Below, piece by piece: positions 1 to 12,362 of a DNA stretch of 38,959 nucleotides. Numbering within the stretch: position 1 is the stretch's first letter; each line of letters opens with the position of its first letter. The stretch lies in the NCBI RefSeq assembly GCF_001194135.2, contig NC_068989.1, forward strand, positions 15,176,653 to 15,215,611, in the 5' to 3' direction. This DNA comes from Octopus bimaculoides. Taxonomy: Eukaryota. The notes under the pieces are model-generated. The model worked only from the letters and a program-made list of their open reading frames with translations, was not told where the DNA came from and made no database searches. A program made the position numbers and the translations under genes.

Positions 1-1042
1 TGCACGTAAAGGCACCCACTACACTCTCGGAGTGGTTGGCGTTAGGAAGGGCATCCAGCTGTAGAAACTCTGCCAAATCAGATTGGAGCCTGGTGTAGTC
101 ATCTGATTCACCAGTCCTCAGTCAAATCGTCCAATCCATGCTAGCATGGAAAGCGGACGTTAAACGACGATGATGATGATGACATATATATACACACATA
201 TATATACACAGAACTGGCTATTTTTAGTTTCTGTCTACCAAATCTTCTCACAAAACTTTGGGCAGTCCAGGGATATAGCAGATACTTACCCAAGGTGTCA
301 CATCATGGGACTGAACCTGGAATTACATGAATGGGAAACAAACATCTCAACCACACAGTCACGCCTATCTATCTGTGCCAATACATATATCATAATATAA
401 AACCGGAAGTTATTAAATGTTGTTTAGTAATTTTCAGGCAATGCTGTGCCACTTAGAGAAAGGCAAAATAATAAAATTTACACAAAATTTATAAAAAAAT
501 AATTTTAATAATAATGATGAATTCATACTTTTCAATATAAAAACCACATCTTATATAATCACAATATAACTTTGGATGAATCTCCGTTTCAGAAATTTAC
601 ATAAAATCTAGGGTAATAATGATATATACATTCCACTTCCAGACTTTCTTTTTAATCAAAAGCTAATATCATGATTATTATCATTTTGGCATTCACTTTT
701 TCCATGCAAAGTTTACTGAGGCAGATTTTCTACAGCCTGATGGCCTTCCTGTTGCCAGTTTTTGCCTGTTTCCAAGAAAGGTAATATTTCTCCATGGTCA
801 GAAATGTTTTTGTAGAATATTGGAGATGAGTGAAACTGCTTGTGTGACAAGTGATAATCATTTAGAATTATCATGTGATGTCAAGACAAGGAGACACACA
901 CACATATACACATATTCAGTGATACACATACACACACAATGAGCTTCTTTCGCTTTCCATCAACCAAATCCACTTGCAAGGATTTGGTTGATCCAAGGCT
1001 ATAGTAGAAGACACTTGCCCAAGGTGCCCAGCTGTGGGACTG

Positions 1043-1437
1043 TTGTTGTTGTTGTTGTTGGCACTCCGTCGCTTATGACGTCGAGGGTTCCAGTTGATCC
1101 GATCAATGGAACAGCCTGCTTGTGAAATTAACGTGCAAGTGGCTGAGCATTCCACAGACACGTGTACCCTTAACGTAGTTCTCGGGGATATTCAGCGTGA
1201 CACAGTGTGACAAGGCTGACCCTTTGAATTACAGGCACAACAGAAACAGGAAATAAGAGTGAGAGAAAGTTGTGGTGAAAGAGTATAGCAGGGTTCGCCA
1301 CCATCCCCTGCCGGAGCCTCGTGGAGCTTTAGGTGTTTTTGCTCAATAAACACTCACAACGCCCGGTCTGGGAATCGAAACCGCGATCCTATGACCGCGA
1401 GTCCGCTGCCCTAACCACTGGGCCATTGCGCCTCCAC
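1043..1437 (-). mobile_element. Young tRNA-derived SINE with (AAC)n tail, nested in another SINE
   Basis: A box TGGCCCAGTGG and B box GGTTTCGATTCC. TSD TGTGGGACTG at 1033-1042 and 1438-1447. CpGs intact. The host SINE continues on both sides (about 941-1032 and 1438-1496). Confidence 0.88.
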
Positions 1438-2159
1438 TGTGGGACTGAACTTGTAGCCAATATACTTGGGGAGTGAACTTCTTAACCACACAGCCACACA
1501 TGCAGCAAAGAGTGCAAAATCTTAGCTGAATGAAAACAAAACAACTTTTTCTTGGAAAATAAATGTAAAATTGTGAAAAAATCTTAAAAATAAATACAGT
1601 TTTTGGTTTTTTTAAGACAAAATCCTTTTCAAAACATAACATGTTATGATATAAAAGGTAATCTGGAGGGAATCTTCATAGACTTCTGCAAATAAGCATA
1701 AAGCTTAAAGGTTTAGGGCAAGAGGAATTGGAATTATGAGATTCAAGCTTCTTTTAATGACGTTTTGAAGTGAAATGATAACAATCCAACCTGACCTGGA
1801 TTTTGCTCTGTTAGAATATATTCGATGCGACAGGGCTTGAAAATATATCCTGGCGTCTATTTGTTTTTTTTTTTTTTTGTTCTGATCACATACATTGAAA
1901 TTATGTCACATTTTTACAACAAAGATCTGTTTCAATAAATTATGTTTCAATTCTTCGAACACAATATCAAATTCATCAGAATCAACTGTACTTTGGAATT
2001 GTCCTTTGCAAACTGCTCGCTTATTATTCCACTTATACAGTCCTACTTAAGCCAGTTGTAATCATTTTTGTTTGCTTGTTCTTGTAATGACTTTAAAACC
2101 CAGTCTTTATCACATGAATCATTTGAAGTTTGAATTAAAAACAATGTTTGTAATCTGTA

Positions 2160-2591
2160 NNNNNNNNNNNNNNNNNNNNNNNNNNNNNNNNNNNNNNNNN
2201 NNNNNNNNNNNNNNNNNNNNNNNNNNNNNNNNNNNNNNNNNNNNNNNNNNNNNNNNNNNNNNNNNNNNNNNNNNNNNNNNNNNNNNNNNNNNNNNNNNNN
2301 NNNNNNNNNNNNNNNNNNNNNNNNNNNNNNNNNNNNNNNNNNNNNNNNNNNNNNNNNNNNNNNNNNNNNNNNNNNNNNNNNNNNNNNNNNNNNNNNNNNN
2401 NNNNNNNNNNNNNNNNNNNNNNNNNNNNNNNNNNNNNNNNNNNNNNNNNNNNNNNNNNNNNNNNNNNNNNNNNNNNNNNNNNNNNNNNNNNNNNNNNNNN
2501 NNNNNNNNNNNNNNNNNNNNNNNNNNNNNNNNNNNNNNNNNNNNNNNNNNNNNNNNNNNNNNNNNNNNNNNNNNNNNNNNNNNNNNNNNNN
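2160..2591. other. Assembly gap (N); other gaps at 6649-6658, 9184-9719 and 35126-35490
   Basis: Runs of N, mostly bordered by homopolymers or microsatellites. Confidence 1.
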
Positions 2592-3391
2592 ATTGTGCAG
2601 GTGGCACGTAAAATACACCATTTCGAGCGTGGCTGTTGCCAGTACCTCCTGACTGGCCTTCATGCCGGTGGCACGTAAAAGCACCCACTACACTCTCGGA
2701 GTGGTTGGCATTAAAAAGGGCATCCAGCTGTAGAAACTCTGCCAAATCAGATTGGAGACTGGTGTAGCCATCTGGTTCACCAGTCCTCAGTCAAATTGTC
2801 CAACCCATGCTAGCATGGAAGGCGGATGTTGATGATGATGATAATGAAATTGACCCCAGCACTTATTTTTTTCTAAGTCTGGTACTCATTCCATCACTCT
2901 CTTTTTGCAGACTAAGGTGTTTGTAGGTAAAGTGGCAGCATTGTCCCCAAAATATTAGCATTGTTCTATTGTCCCTATCTTGTAATTTTAGAGCCATTAA
3001 ATTTATTTGTAATAGCACCTGTGTCAGTGTCACATAGGATGCTCCTGTTGCTAGTGCCACGTAGAAAAGCACCCGTTTGAGGGCACATAAAAAGCTTGTG
3101 TGCTGGTGCCATGTAATAAAGTACCTGTGCTGGGGTCACGAATAAAGCACCCATCCTTTTGAGAAGGAAAGGTGACAAGAGATAAAATACTCCTATAAAC
3201 CTCTGGAATGATTGGAATGCTTTTAATCAATGGTCTGTTCAATCAAGGTTGTCTTGGGGCTAATCAACAACACTCATATATCTTAGCATTTATGCATAAA
3301 CCATTTGCCTAAATATTTAATTGAATATCTTCAGTTTGTATAAAAGTATATATATATATATAAAAGTATTTAATAATTCCTCAATTCTTAC

Positions 3392-3481
3392 TTTTTTACT
3401 AGGAGGTGTTCCAGGAATGACATCATCTTCACTATCATCATTGTTTTGTTTAGAGACGTGGAGATTAGGCTTGGGAATGAA
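3392..3481 (-). CDS. RAD9: RAD9 exon 12 (FIPKPNLHVSKQNNDDSEDDVIPGTPPSKK)
   Basis: VIPGTPPSKK matches human RAD9A TVPGTPPPKK. ttccag acceptor and gtaag donor; 90 nt, phase 0-0. The terminal exon lies downstream and was not resolved. Confidence 0.9.
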
Positions 3482-4207
3482 CTGGAACAGAATGAAAACA
3501 AAATTCTTACTCATAAACGGCAGTAGAGTTCTTAACATTGGTGTCATAGTGTGCAATAATTTTCATTGCATTAGTCTCTATATTATCAACACTTTCATAT
3601 AAAGAGAAAGCTGGAGTGGAGAACTGAAAATGGAATACAATATCAAGATACTGAGCCTTAAGAAAGCAATGACAAGAGATTGAGATATCCGGCACCTTGC
3701 TGTACTCAAAAAAACCTATCCATCACAGCAGAATTGAAACTGGTGCTGGTGCCACGTAGAAAGCACCCAGTACACTCTGTGGAGTGGTTGGTGTTAGGAA
3801 GGGCATCCAGCCATAGAAACCATACCAGAACAGACAATGGAGCCTGGTGTGGCCCCTTGGTCAAACCATCCAGCCCATGCCAGCATGGAAAACGGACGTT
3901 AAATGATGTTGATGATGATGACACAATTCAAGTCTTTCGTGTCGTGTTTCCAATCTTTCATGAAAACATGTCTAGCCATGGGGAAATATTACCTTGTTTG
4001 GAAACTGATGATGGTTGACAACAGGAGCAGGGATCCAGCTGTAGAAAATCTATCTCAACAAATTCTGTCAGATCCAAGCAAGCATGGGAAAAATGCACAT
4101 TAAAATAATGATGATGATAATGATGATGATGATGATGATAAATATTGATGAAACAGCAGAAATAGGGATGGGATAACAGAACAAAAGAAATTCATGTTTC
4201 TCCTTAC

Positions 4208-4445
4208 TTGAACAGCTATAATTGGACTGCTAGATTCTTCTTGCGATTCATGTTCAGAAGCTTTTTTATGAGAGTTAACCTTTTGCTTGCTGCTTGGTGA
4301 ACTTTCTGTGGGTGCTTGGTGAGCATAACGTGAAATATTGGGCGTGCTTACATCACCAGGTTCATTTACTGTAAACTCATCCCATTCCACAAAGATGGAA
4401 TCATCATTGAAAGAATCATCTGCATCCATCTGACAGGAGGTAGGC
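4208..4445 (-). CDS. RAD9: RAD9 exon 11, tail ((M)PTSCQMDADDSFNDDSIFVEW...HESQEESSSPIIAVQ)
   Basis: The tttattcttaattag acceptor gives the correct phase 2; gtaagg donor; 238 nt open. Acidic DDSFNDDS resembles human DDFANDDI. Confidence 0.82.
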
Positions 4446-5562
4446 CTAATTAAGAATAAAGTATAAACGCTGATTTCAAATTTTGGTACAAGGCCAGCTA
4501 TTCTGGGGGAGGGGTTAAGTCGATTACATCAACCCCTGTGCTCAACTGGTACTTATTTTATTGACCCTGAAGGGATGAAAGGTGAAGTCAACCCTGGCAG
4601 TATTTGAACCCAGAATGTAAAGACAGACGAAATACTACTAACCATTTTTTCCAGCTTGCTAATGATTCCATTAGCTCACTGCCTTAAAGAATGTATATTT
4701 TGACTTGGGTTAGTTTGTGCTACCAAAAAATTTGAAGAACTAAATACACCCTTGCACTCAATGGCATGCTGTGTGGTATGAAGTTTGCTTCTAAACAACG
4801 TGGTTCTGGATTCAGTCCCACTACATGGCACCTTGGGCAAGTGTCTTCTACTATAATCCCATACTGACCAAAACCTTGTGAGAGGATATGGTAGACAGAA
4901 ACTGAAAGAAGTCATTCATATATTCATATATGGAAGACATGGAGCAGAAGTGGTGAAGGCTGATCTCAGGAAACTAGATTTCACACAACAGACAACAATG
5001 GAATGCAAAAAATGGTGGGATGTTGTGTTGCAAGCATGGGAAAATGGACATAAAAATAATGACAATGATTATGATGGTAGTAGCAGTGGTAGTGGTGACC
5101 ATGAGAATGATGAGTTTTATACAATTTTCCTCTGCAGAAATCACTCAGAAGGCGAGCTGGCAGAAACGTTAGCATGCCGGGTGAAATGCTTAGCGGTATT
5201 TCGTCTGCCGTTACGTTCTGAGTTCAAATTCTGCCGAGGTCGACTTTGCCTTTCATCCTTTCGGGATAGATTAAATAAGTACCAGTTACGCACTGGGATC
5301 AATCTAATTGACTTAACCCGTTTGTCTGTCCCTGTTTGTCCCCTCTGTGTGTAGCCCCTTGTGGGCAGTAAAGAAATAAGAAATCACTCAGAAGGCATTG
5401 TAGCCAAAGTTACAGGAGAAGACACTTGCACAAAGCACAGTGCAGTGGAACTGAACTTAAGACCACATGATTACAAAGCAAACTTCTTAACCACATAGCC
5501 ATGCGTGCAGCTTAATGCTCTAAACATTAAGCAGGTCATCAATCAGTGAACTGTTAACTTAC

Positions 5563-5646
5563 ATATTATTTGCAGCTTCTCTGTCAGGTCCTTTGTTTTT
5601 CCCTGATGATGTTTTAGATGAATGTGCAGAAAGTTTAGACTGTTTG
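5563..5646 (-). CDS. RAD9: RAD9 exon 10, tail ((G)KQSKLSAHSSKTSSGKNKGPDREAANN+AT)
   Basis: Strong acceptor (tttctttgtcttcttcag) and gtaagt donor; 84 nt, phase 2-2, keeps frame between exons 9 and 11. No homology support. Confidence 0.8.
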
Positions 5647-5699
5647 CTGAAGAAGACAAAGAAAAAAAAAAAATGGAAATCATTTAAAAAATATATTTT

Positions 5700-6258
5700 A
5701 TCGAAATCGAAATTGAACCAAATTCGATGACTGGCACATATGCCAACCTTCCTTCATTGGACACTAAACTCAGCTTGCGAAGACCTGTTGGGGCAAGTGA
5801 GATCAAAACTGAACCAAATTCGATGACTGGCACCCATGCCAGTGGAGCGCTAACAGCACCATCCGAGCGGGATCACTGCCAGAGCAGTGGTCTCGCTCCT
5901 GTGCCGGTGGCATATAAAAAGCACCATTTGAGCGCAATCGTTTCCAGCTTCGCCTTACTGGCACTTGTGCCGGTGGCATGTGAACAAAACATTGGGCTGA
6001 CTCCTGTGCAGGTGGCACGTAAAAAACACCATTTGAGCGTGGCCGTTGCTAGTACTGCCAGACTGGCCCTCATACCGGTGACATGTAAAAAGCACCCACT
6101 ACACTCTTGGAGTGGTTGGTGTTAGGAAGGGCATCCAGCTGTAGAAACTCTGCCAGATCAGATTGGAGTCTGGTGTAGCCATCTGGTTCACTAGTCCCCA
6201 GTCAAATTGTCTAACCCATGCTAGCATGGAAAGCGGACTAAATGATGATGATGATGAT
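5700..6258 (+). mobile_element. 5'-truncated RTE LINE 3'UTR copy with tandem sub-modules
   Basis: Ends ...gctagcatggaaagcggactaaatgatgatgatg. Other copies at 1-180, 2592-2845, 3740-3920, 8085-8315, 11215-11405 and 14925-15060. Confidence 0.75.
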
Positions 6259-6487
6259 TTCCTTAATAAATTAAACAAAAAAAAAATTACAAAAAATTTA
6301 TTTCCCCAGAAAAGTTTTTATTTCTTTTATGAGGTAGTTGCCAAACACATGACCAAAGTCAGTGACTTTAAAAATCAAACAGGCCACTTAAGTATATTTC
6401 CTATTTCCAATTAACATGAAATTAATAACCTTGGGCCACTTTTGCGTAAATATACTTGAAATTACTGTATTAAAGTTGTAATCTTAC

Positions 6488-6619
6488 CCTTTTGTGTGAT
6501 TAGCTTTCTTGCTATTTGATAAAGCTTGACTACATGGATTATCTTCAGTCTCATCACGTGTAGCTAACACAAAATTTGCTTCAAACAGTCTCTCACTCTG
6601 AATTGAGTATATAATTGGC
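6488..6619 (-). CDS. RAD9: RAD9 exon 9 ((K)PIIYSIQSERLFEANFVLATRDETEDNPCSQALSNSKKANHTK+GG)
   Basis: FVLAT motif that ends the PCNA-like ring. Poly-T plus cag acceptor; gtaag donor; 132 nt. Confidence 0.93.
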
Positions 6620-8395
6620 CTGAAAAAAAAAAAAGAAAAAAAAAAAAANNNNNNNNNNAAAAAAAAAAAAAAAAAAAAAAAAAAAGGAAAACAAAAAATG
6701 AAACAAAAAACAAAAGAGACTTGTTAGGAGTTAATATTTTTAAATAGCATTTAGAGTCAAAATGTAAGCTGGTTGCAGTTTTGAAGAAGGAAAACAAAGC
6801 ATCTCTTGTTGAATGTTGTTTTATGTAGAATCCACAACACAAAAGGTTTTTGTGGACTCAATACTGCCCAACCTACTTTTGTTTTTCATAACTATGGAAG
6901 GTGTAGGCATGGCTTAGGTGTAAGCAAGATTGTGTGGTTAAGAAGACCACTTCCTAACCATATGGTTTCAGGTTCAGTCCCACTGTATGACATTTTAAGC
7001 AAGTATTTCTTACTATAGACCTGAGCCAATTAAAGCCTTAAGAGTAGATTTGGTAGACAGAAACTGAAAGAAGCCTATTGTTTATGTGTATGTGTGTGTG
7101 TGTGTGTGAGAGAGAGAGTATGTTTATATCTATCTCTTTGTCTTAGCATCACATAACAGTTGTAAATGGATGTCATTGTCATTCATTTCCAATATTCTGC
7201 AAAAACATGTCTGGCCATGGGGAAATATTACTTTGCTAGGAAACAGGAGGGGAATCTGGCTATAGAAAAACTGCCTCAATACACTCTGTCTGACCCATGC
7301 TATCATGGAAAAGCAGATGTTAAAAATGATGATGATGGCAATGTTAGATGCTTCTCTAATTCTAACATTTCATCAAATGAGATCCTCATTAGTTTGTTAA
7401 ATTTATCTTTTTTACAAAGCTCTCCCGCCACCACCACTATCACTGTTGTCTTCTTTCTTGAATAAAGCACACAGTTCTGCTTGCTTCAATTTGTTTGAAT
7501 GACTCAAAACAGATTCTACTCCCTATTTCATGGTCCAGCGGTTAAATGGTAGGAAGGGTATTCTCATTAACCACCATCATTTAATGCCTGTTTTCCATGT
7601 TAACATGGGTTGGACAGTTCAACAGGAGCTGGCGAGCCAGAGAATTATGTTATGCTTCAATATTTCTACAGCTGGATGCCTTTCCTAACACCACCTTCCA
7701 ACAAACTTTACAAAGTGTACTGGGTGCTTTTTATGTGGTATGGCACCAGTGAGGTCTCTAAATGACTCATAAGATATGACCCCCCTCAAATAAGTGGGTG
7801 AACTGCTCCTAGAAAAAGCACAATATCCAAGTAAGCAACAACAAAACAATGCAAAACAGTAAAATAAAACTTTCTAAAATGAGCTTTTTGCTGAAATGGC
7901 TTTGATTCCATAAAAATTAACTCAGTTTCTTTTATATGCCTATTGGTAATGCACTGAATTCAGTCAGAGGATATACAAGAGTGTATGATGATTAAATGTA
8001 GCGTCTCTATTAAAGATGAGGTTACTAACTTACAAAATTCATAATGTGTTTTTCACACCTACAGGCTTGTCCTTCAAGTGCTGGTGCCACTTAAAAAGCA
8101 AGTACTGGTGCTATGTAAACACACTTGTGCTGGCGGCATATAAGAAGCACCCAGCACATTCTGTTAAGTGGTTGGTGTTAGGAAGGGCATCCAGCCGTAG
8201 AAACAATGCCACAACAGACAATTGGAGTCTGGACAGCTCCCTGCTAGCCAGCTGCATGTCAAGCCGTCCAACCCATGCCAGCATAGAAAGAGGACACTAA
8301 ACGATGATGATGATGACACATCCACCTGTTTTTCTCTCTGACAAAACAAAAAAAATCAGGGATTTTATAATATATTTTCATTATTCCAACAGGAC

Positions 8396-8614
8396 GAAGG
8401 TGGTGAGCTGGTAGAATTGTTAACACGTTAGGTAAAATGCTTAGTGGTCTTTTGTCTGTCTTTACATTCTGAGTTCAGATTCTCCCAAGGTCGACTTTGC
8501 TTTCATTCTTTTTAGGGTTGATAAAGTAAGGACCAGTTGAGCACTAGGGTTGATGTAATTGGCTTTCTCCTCCCTCCCTTGAAATTGTTGGCCATGCACC
8601 AAAATCTGAAACCG
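8396..8614 (+). mobile_element. Same SINE head, tail type C, with a 15-bp TSD
   Basis: TTATTCCAACAGGAC at 8381-8395 and 8615-8629. A related copy lies at about 4474-4685 (-). Confidence 0.8.
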
Positions 8615-8709
8615 TTATTCCAACAGGACACACCTAGTTTCTAAGTTATAACTAGAACTATAATCCACTACCAGAAACAGGAAGGAAATGCAAACCACAG
8701 CCTACATAC

Positions 8710-8774
8710 TTGCCATAGGTATCAAAGTAGAGCTTGACAGGAAGACTGGTTGCCTCAGCAAAAAGTAGGATAGC
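8710..8774 (-). CDS. RAD9: RAD9 exon 8 (AILLFAEATSLPVKLYFDTYG+AA)
   Basis: Aligns to human GLLSFAESANLNLSIHFDAPG. Long pyrimidine tract plus tag acceptor; gtatg donor; 65 nt. Confidence 0.93.
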
Positions 8775-9719
8775 CTACAAGAAGAAAAAGAAAAAAACAA
8801 ACAAACAGATGACTGCATAAGTATTTGTCAATAAATATCAACCCGATTCCACAGTAGATAATAGAACTGAAAAAATTCATTTTACAAGAAGACCCAGATA
8901 AAGTATGGCAAGTTAAAGAGTCGAAAACACTTCCTTATTGTTTCATCTTTGCCATGTCTCTATATTCCTTGTTCATATTGTTGACTCTTCTACCCTAGTG
9001 ACTTTTGTAATCCCTGGCAGTACCATGGTGAGCAGTAGCATATTTTCCAGTACTAAACCTGCTATGATTCTGGATAACAACATAACTGACGAAAAGGTTT
9101 TCCCACAACTGTTTATTAACCTTTCAATTGATTGTTGTTCACATTTTACTTATATAAGTGTGTGTGTATATATATATATATATNNNNNNNNNNNNNNNNN
9201 NNNNNNNNNNNNNNNNNNNNNNNNNNNNNNNNNNNNNNNNNNNNNNNNNNNNNNNNNNNNNNNNNNNNNNNNNNNNNNNNNNNNNNNNNNNNNNNNNNNN
9301 NNNNNNNNNNNNNNNNNNNNNNNNNNNNNNNNNNNNNNNNNNNNNNNNNNNNNNNNNNNNNNNNNNNNNNNNNNNNNNNNNNNNNNNNNNNNNNNNNNNN
9401 NNNNNNNNNNNNNNNNNNNNNNNNNNNNNNNNNNNNNNNNNNNNNNNNNNNNNNNNNNNNNNNNNNNNNNNNNNNNNNNNNNNNNNNNNNNNNNNNNNNN
9501 NNNNNNNNNNNNNNNNNNNNNNNNNNNNNNNNNNNNNNNNNNNNNNNNNNNNNNNNNNNNNNNNNNNNNNNNNNNNNNNNNNNNNNNNNNNNNNNNNNNN
9601 NNNNNNNNNNNNNNNNNNNNNNNNNNNNNNNNNNNNNNNNNNNNNNNNNNNNNNNNNNNNNNNNNNNNNNNNNNNNNNNNNNNNNNNNNNNNNNNNNNNN
9701 NNNNNNNNNNNNNNNNNNN

Positions 9720-9752
<33 letters not shown>

Positions 9753-10088
9753 ATTTGTGTGTCTGTGTTTGTATCCCCGCCATCTCTTGACAACTGATGT
9801 TGGTGTGTCTCTGAAACTTAACGGTTCGGCAAAAAAGATCGATAGAATAAGCACTAGGCTTACAAAGAGTAAGTCTTGGGGTTGATTTCTTTTACTAAAG
9901 GCGGTGCTCCAGCATGGCCACAGTCAAATGACTGAAACGAGTAAAAGAATAAAAGAATATATATGTATCCTCTACTATATATTTTCTTGTATGAACTAAT
10001 CTGAGTGACTCTTTCTTTAGCTTAAACATACAAATTAGCATGCTAAATGTTGAAGATGTATACAATAACATTTCAGTAAGATGCTTAC

Positions 10089-10195
10089 GCGAAGTTCCTT
10101 AAGACAGAATGTAATATTCGTATTGTTAGCAATCTTGCATTCATCAAACTCATCTGGAAGAAGGTTTAACTCTGTCCGCATATGCTTTTTGGGAT
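10089..10195 (-). CDS. RAD9: RAD9 exon 7 ((D)PKKHMRTELNLLPDEFDECKIANNTNITFCLKELR)
   Basis: ITFCLKE(L/F)R signature. ttcctcag acceptor and gtaag donor; 107 nt. Confidence 0.96.
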
Positions 10196-10411
10196 CTGAG
10201 GAAAGAAGCAACCTTGGAAGTAAATTTGCAGCAAGAATTTGAGAAAATAATAAAGCAGAATTTTTAAGATGATGATATTTTATTGATCTGAAAAGGAGGA
10301 AAGGTGAAGTTGATTTCAGTGGGATTTGAACTCATAGTGTAGAGAATCAGAATGAATAACACAAAGCATTCTATCTGACACTCTAACGATTCTGTTAATT
10401 CACTGCCTTTT

Positions 10412-11105
10412 TCATCATCATCATTTAATGTTCGTTGTCCATGCTAGCATGGGTTGGATGGTTTGACCAGGACTGATAAGCTGAAGGGCTGCACCAGACT
10501 CAAGTCTGATTTGGCACGGTTTCTATAGCTGGATGCCTTTCCTAATGCCAACCACTCTGAGAGCGTAATGGGTGCTTTTACATACCACCAGTATCTGCTA
10601 TGATTATGATTTTACTTGGCTTGATGGGTCTTCTTCTCAAGCACAACATACTACCAAAGGTCTCAGCCATTTGTCATTGCTTCTGTGAGGACCAATGCTC
10701 GGAAGATGCTTTTTATGTGCCTGTTATGTGATACCAGCATCAGCCATGACAACAATTTCACTTGGCTTGATGGGCCTTCACAAGCCTGGCATATAGCCAA
10801 AGGTCTTGGTCAATAGTCATTGCCTCTGTGAGGCCCAATGTTTGAAGATCACGTTTCACCAGCTCTTCCTATGTCTTCTGGGTGTACCTCTACCATAGGT
10901 TCCCTCTACAGTTAGAGATCGGCACTTCTTTACACAGCTGTCCTCATCCATATGCATCACATGACCATACCAGTGCGGTTATCTCTCTTGCACACCACAT
11001 GTGATTTTTCTTATGCCCAACTTTTCTCTCAAGATGCTTACACTCTGTCGTACATGCACACTGACATTGCGCATCTAGCGAAGCATACTAACTTCATTTC
11101 TTACA
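10412..11105 (-). mobile_element. 3' end of an RTE-clade LINE (degenerate ORF2 C-terminus, 3'UTR and (ATG)n tail)
   Basis: The - strand reads ...SILREKLGIRKITCGVQER*PHWYGHVMHMDEDSCVKKCRSLTVEG.., typical of the RTE C-terminus (WYGHV). The 3'UTR matches the abundant (ATG)n-tailed repeat. Confidence 0.8.
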
Positions 11106-12258
11106 AGCCTATGCATGCCCTCAGTGGTCACAGCCCATGTCTCACTGACATGAAAATAAATGATACTCTCTCAAAACCACTGTCTTCCTCACATACGGTC
11201 ATGTTCTTTCAGGTGCCAGTGACACATAAATACACCCATGCTGGTGGCACATAAAAAGTACACAGCACTCTGTGTGGCATTAGGAAGGGCATCCAGCCAT
11301 AGAAAACGTGCTACAACAGACGATTGGAGTCTGGACAGCTCTCAATAAAACCGTCCAACCCATATCAACATGGAAAGTGGACATTAAATGACGATGATGA
11401 TGATATATATATATATATACAATAATAATAAAAAATGGTCTTGGGGTTAGTTCCATTGAGTGGAATCTTGGGTAAGTGTCATCTACTACAACCCTGGACT
11501 GACCAAAGACTTGTAAGTGGATTTGGTAGATGGAAACTGTGTATGGAAGCCAATTATATACATATCATCATCATTGCTTGGCCAATTATATATATATAAG
11601 TATATATATACATATATATATCATCATTGGATGGTTTGACATGGAACTGGTTAGCAGAGAGCTGTCCAGACTCCAATTGTCTGTTGTGGCATGGTTTCTA
11701 TGGCTGGTTGCCCTTCTTAATGCCAACCACTTAACAGAGTGTGCCACATGTTTTATACACACACATATAAGTATATATATAAGTTATATATATGTATATA
11801 TATAAATATATATGTATATTTTTTTGTGCGTGTGTGTGTGTGTGTGTATTCATGTGTATTCTTGTCTAGACATCTTACATTGGTTGTAAATGAATGTCAC
11901 TATCATACAGGCGAGGTCTTCATGAAAAACATGTCTAGCCATGGAAAAATATCTTGCTTGGAAACAGATGAATTTTGGCTTCAGGAAGGACAACTGGCCT
12001 ATAGAAAATCTGCCTCAACAAATTGCATCTGACCCATACAAGCATAGAAAAGTGGATGTTAAATGATGAAGAACTGAAAAGCATATGAAGGCCTCTTGCA
12101 TCATCAACAAACCTGCAGGTCTTAAAGGAACTTGAATTGTGTAGTATTAACAAAATTAAGAAACTGCTATTTGAAACTAAGATAAATTAGTTCTTCATGG
12201 GAATCACAACCACACGAAGAAAAAATTTTGTATCTTTGCATTGCTATTCCTATCTTAC

Positions 12259-12362
12259 CTGGTTCATCCACATGATTCTTGAAAGAAATTTTTTCCTTTG
12301 ATACTTCCAGAGTTACTTCTTCTTGGTTGTTCTGGAAATTTAGTACAGCATCACATAAAAGC
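12259..12362 (-). CDS. RAD9: RAD9 exon 6 ((R)LLCDAVLNFQNNQEEVTLEVSKEKISFKNHVDEP+G)
   Basis: Aligns to human RVLGEAVLPF..EVTL. ttcag acceptor and gtaag donor; 104 nt. Confidence 0.93.

Noticed and set aside
1900-2045. Minus-strand frame GLYKWNNKRAVCKGQFQSTVDSDEFDIVFEELKH...
   Set aside because: VDSDE superficially recalls the RAD9 terminal motif, but the nearest acceptor gives the wrong phase for exon 12 and its pyrimidine tract is weak.
2043-2745. Long ORFs spanning N gaps (also 8938-9885 and 35073-35564)
   Set aside because: Their length comes from X residues; the flanks are repeats or microsatellites.
4100-4429. Stand-alone ORF starting MDADDSF
   Set aside because: It is internal to RAD9 exon 11; the true acceptor is 16 nt upstream and the frame runs on into intron after 4208.
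4878-5354. 158-aa ORF and many 60-130-aa ORFs (for example 5727-6125, 17446-17850, 32361-32669, 34674-35066)
   Set aside because: They are chance open frames through SINE or LINE 3'UTR copies, and near-identical peptides recur wherever the repeats occur.
8880-9130. Possible coding-like fragment in RAD9 intron 7
   Set aside because: Stops occur in the plausible frames, there are no usable splice sites and no family was recognisable; probably decayed TE.
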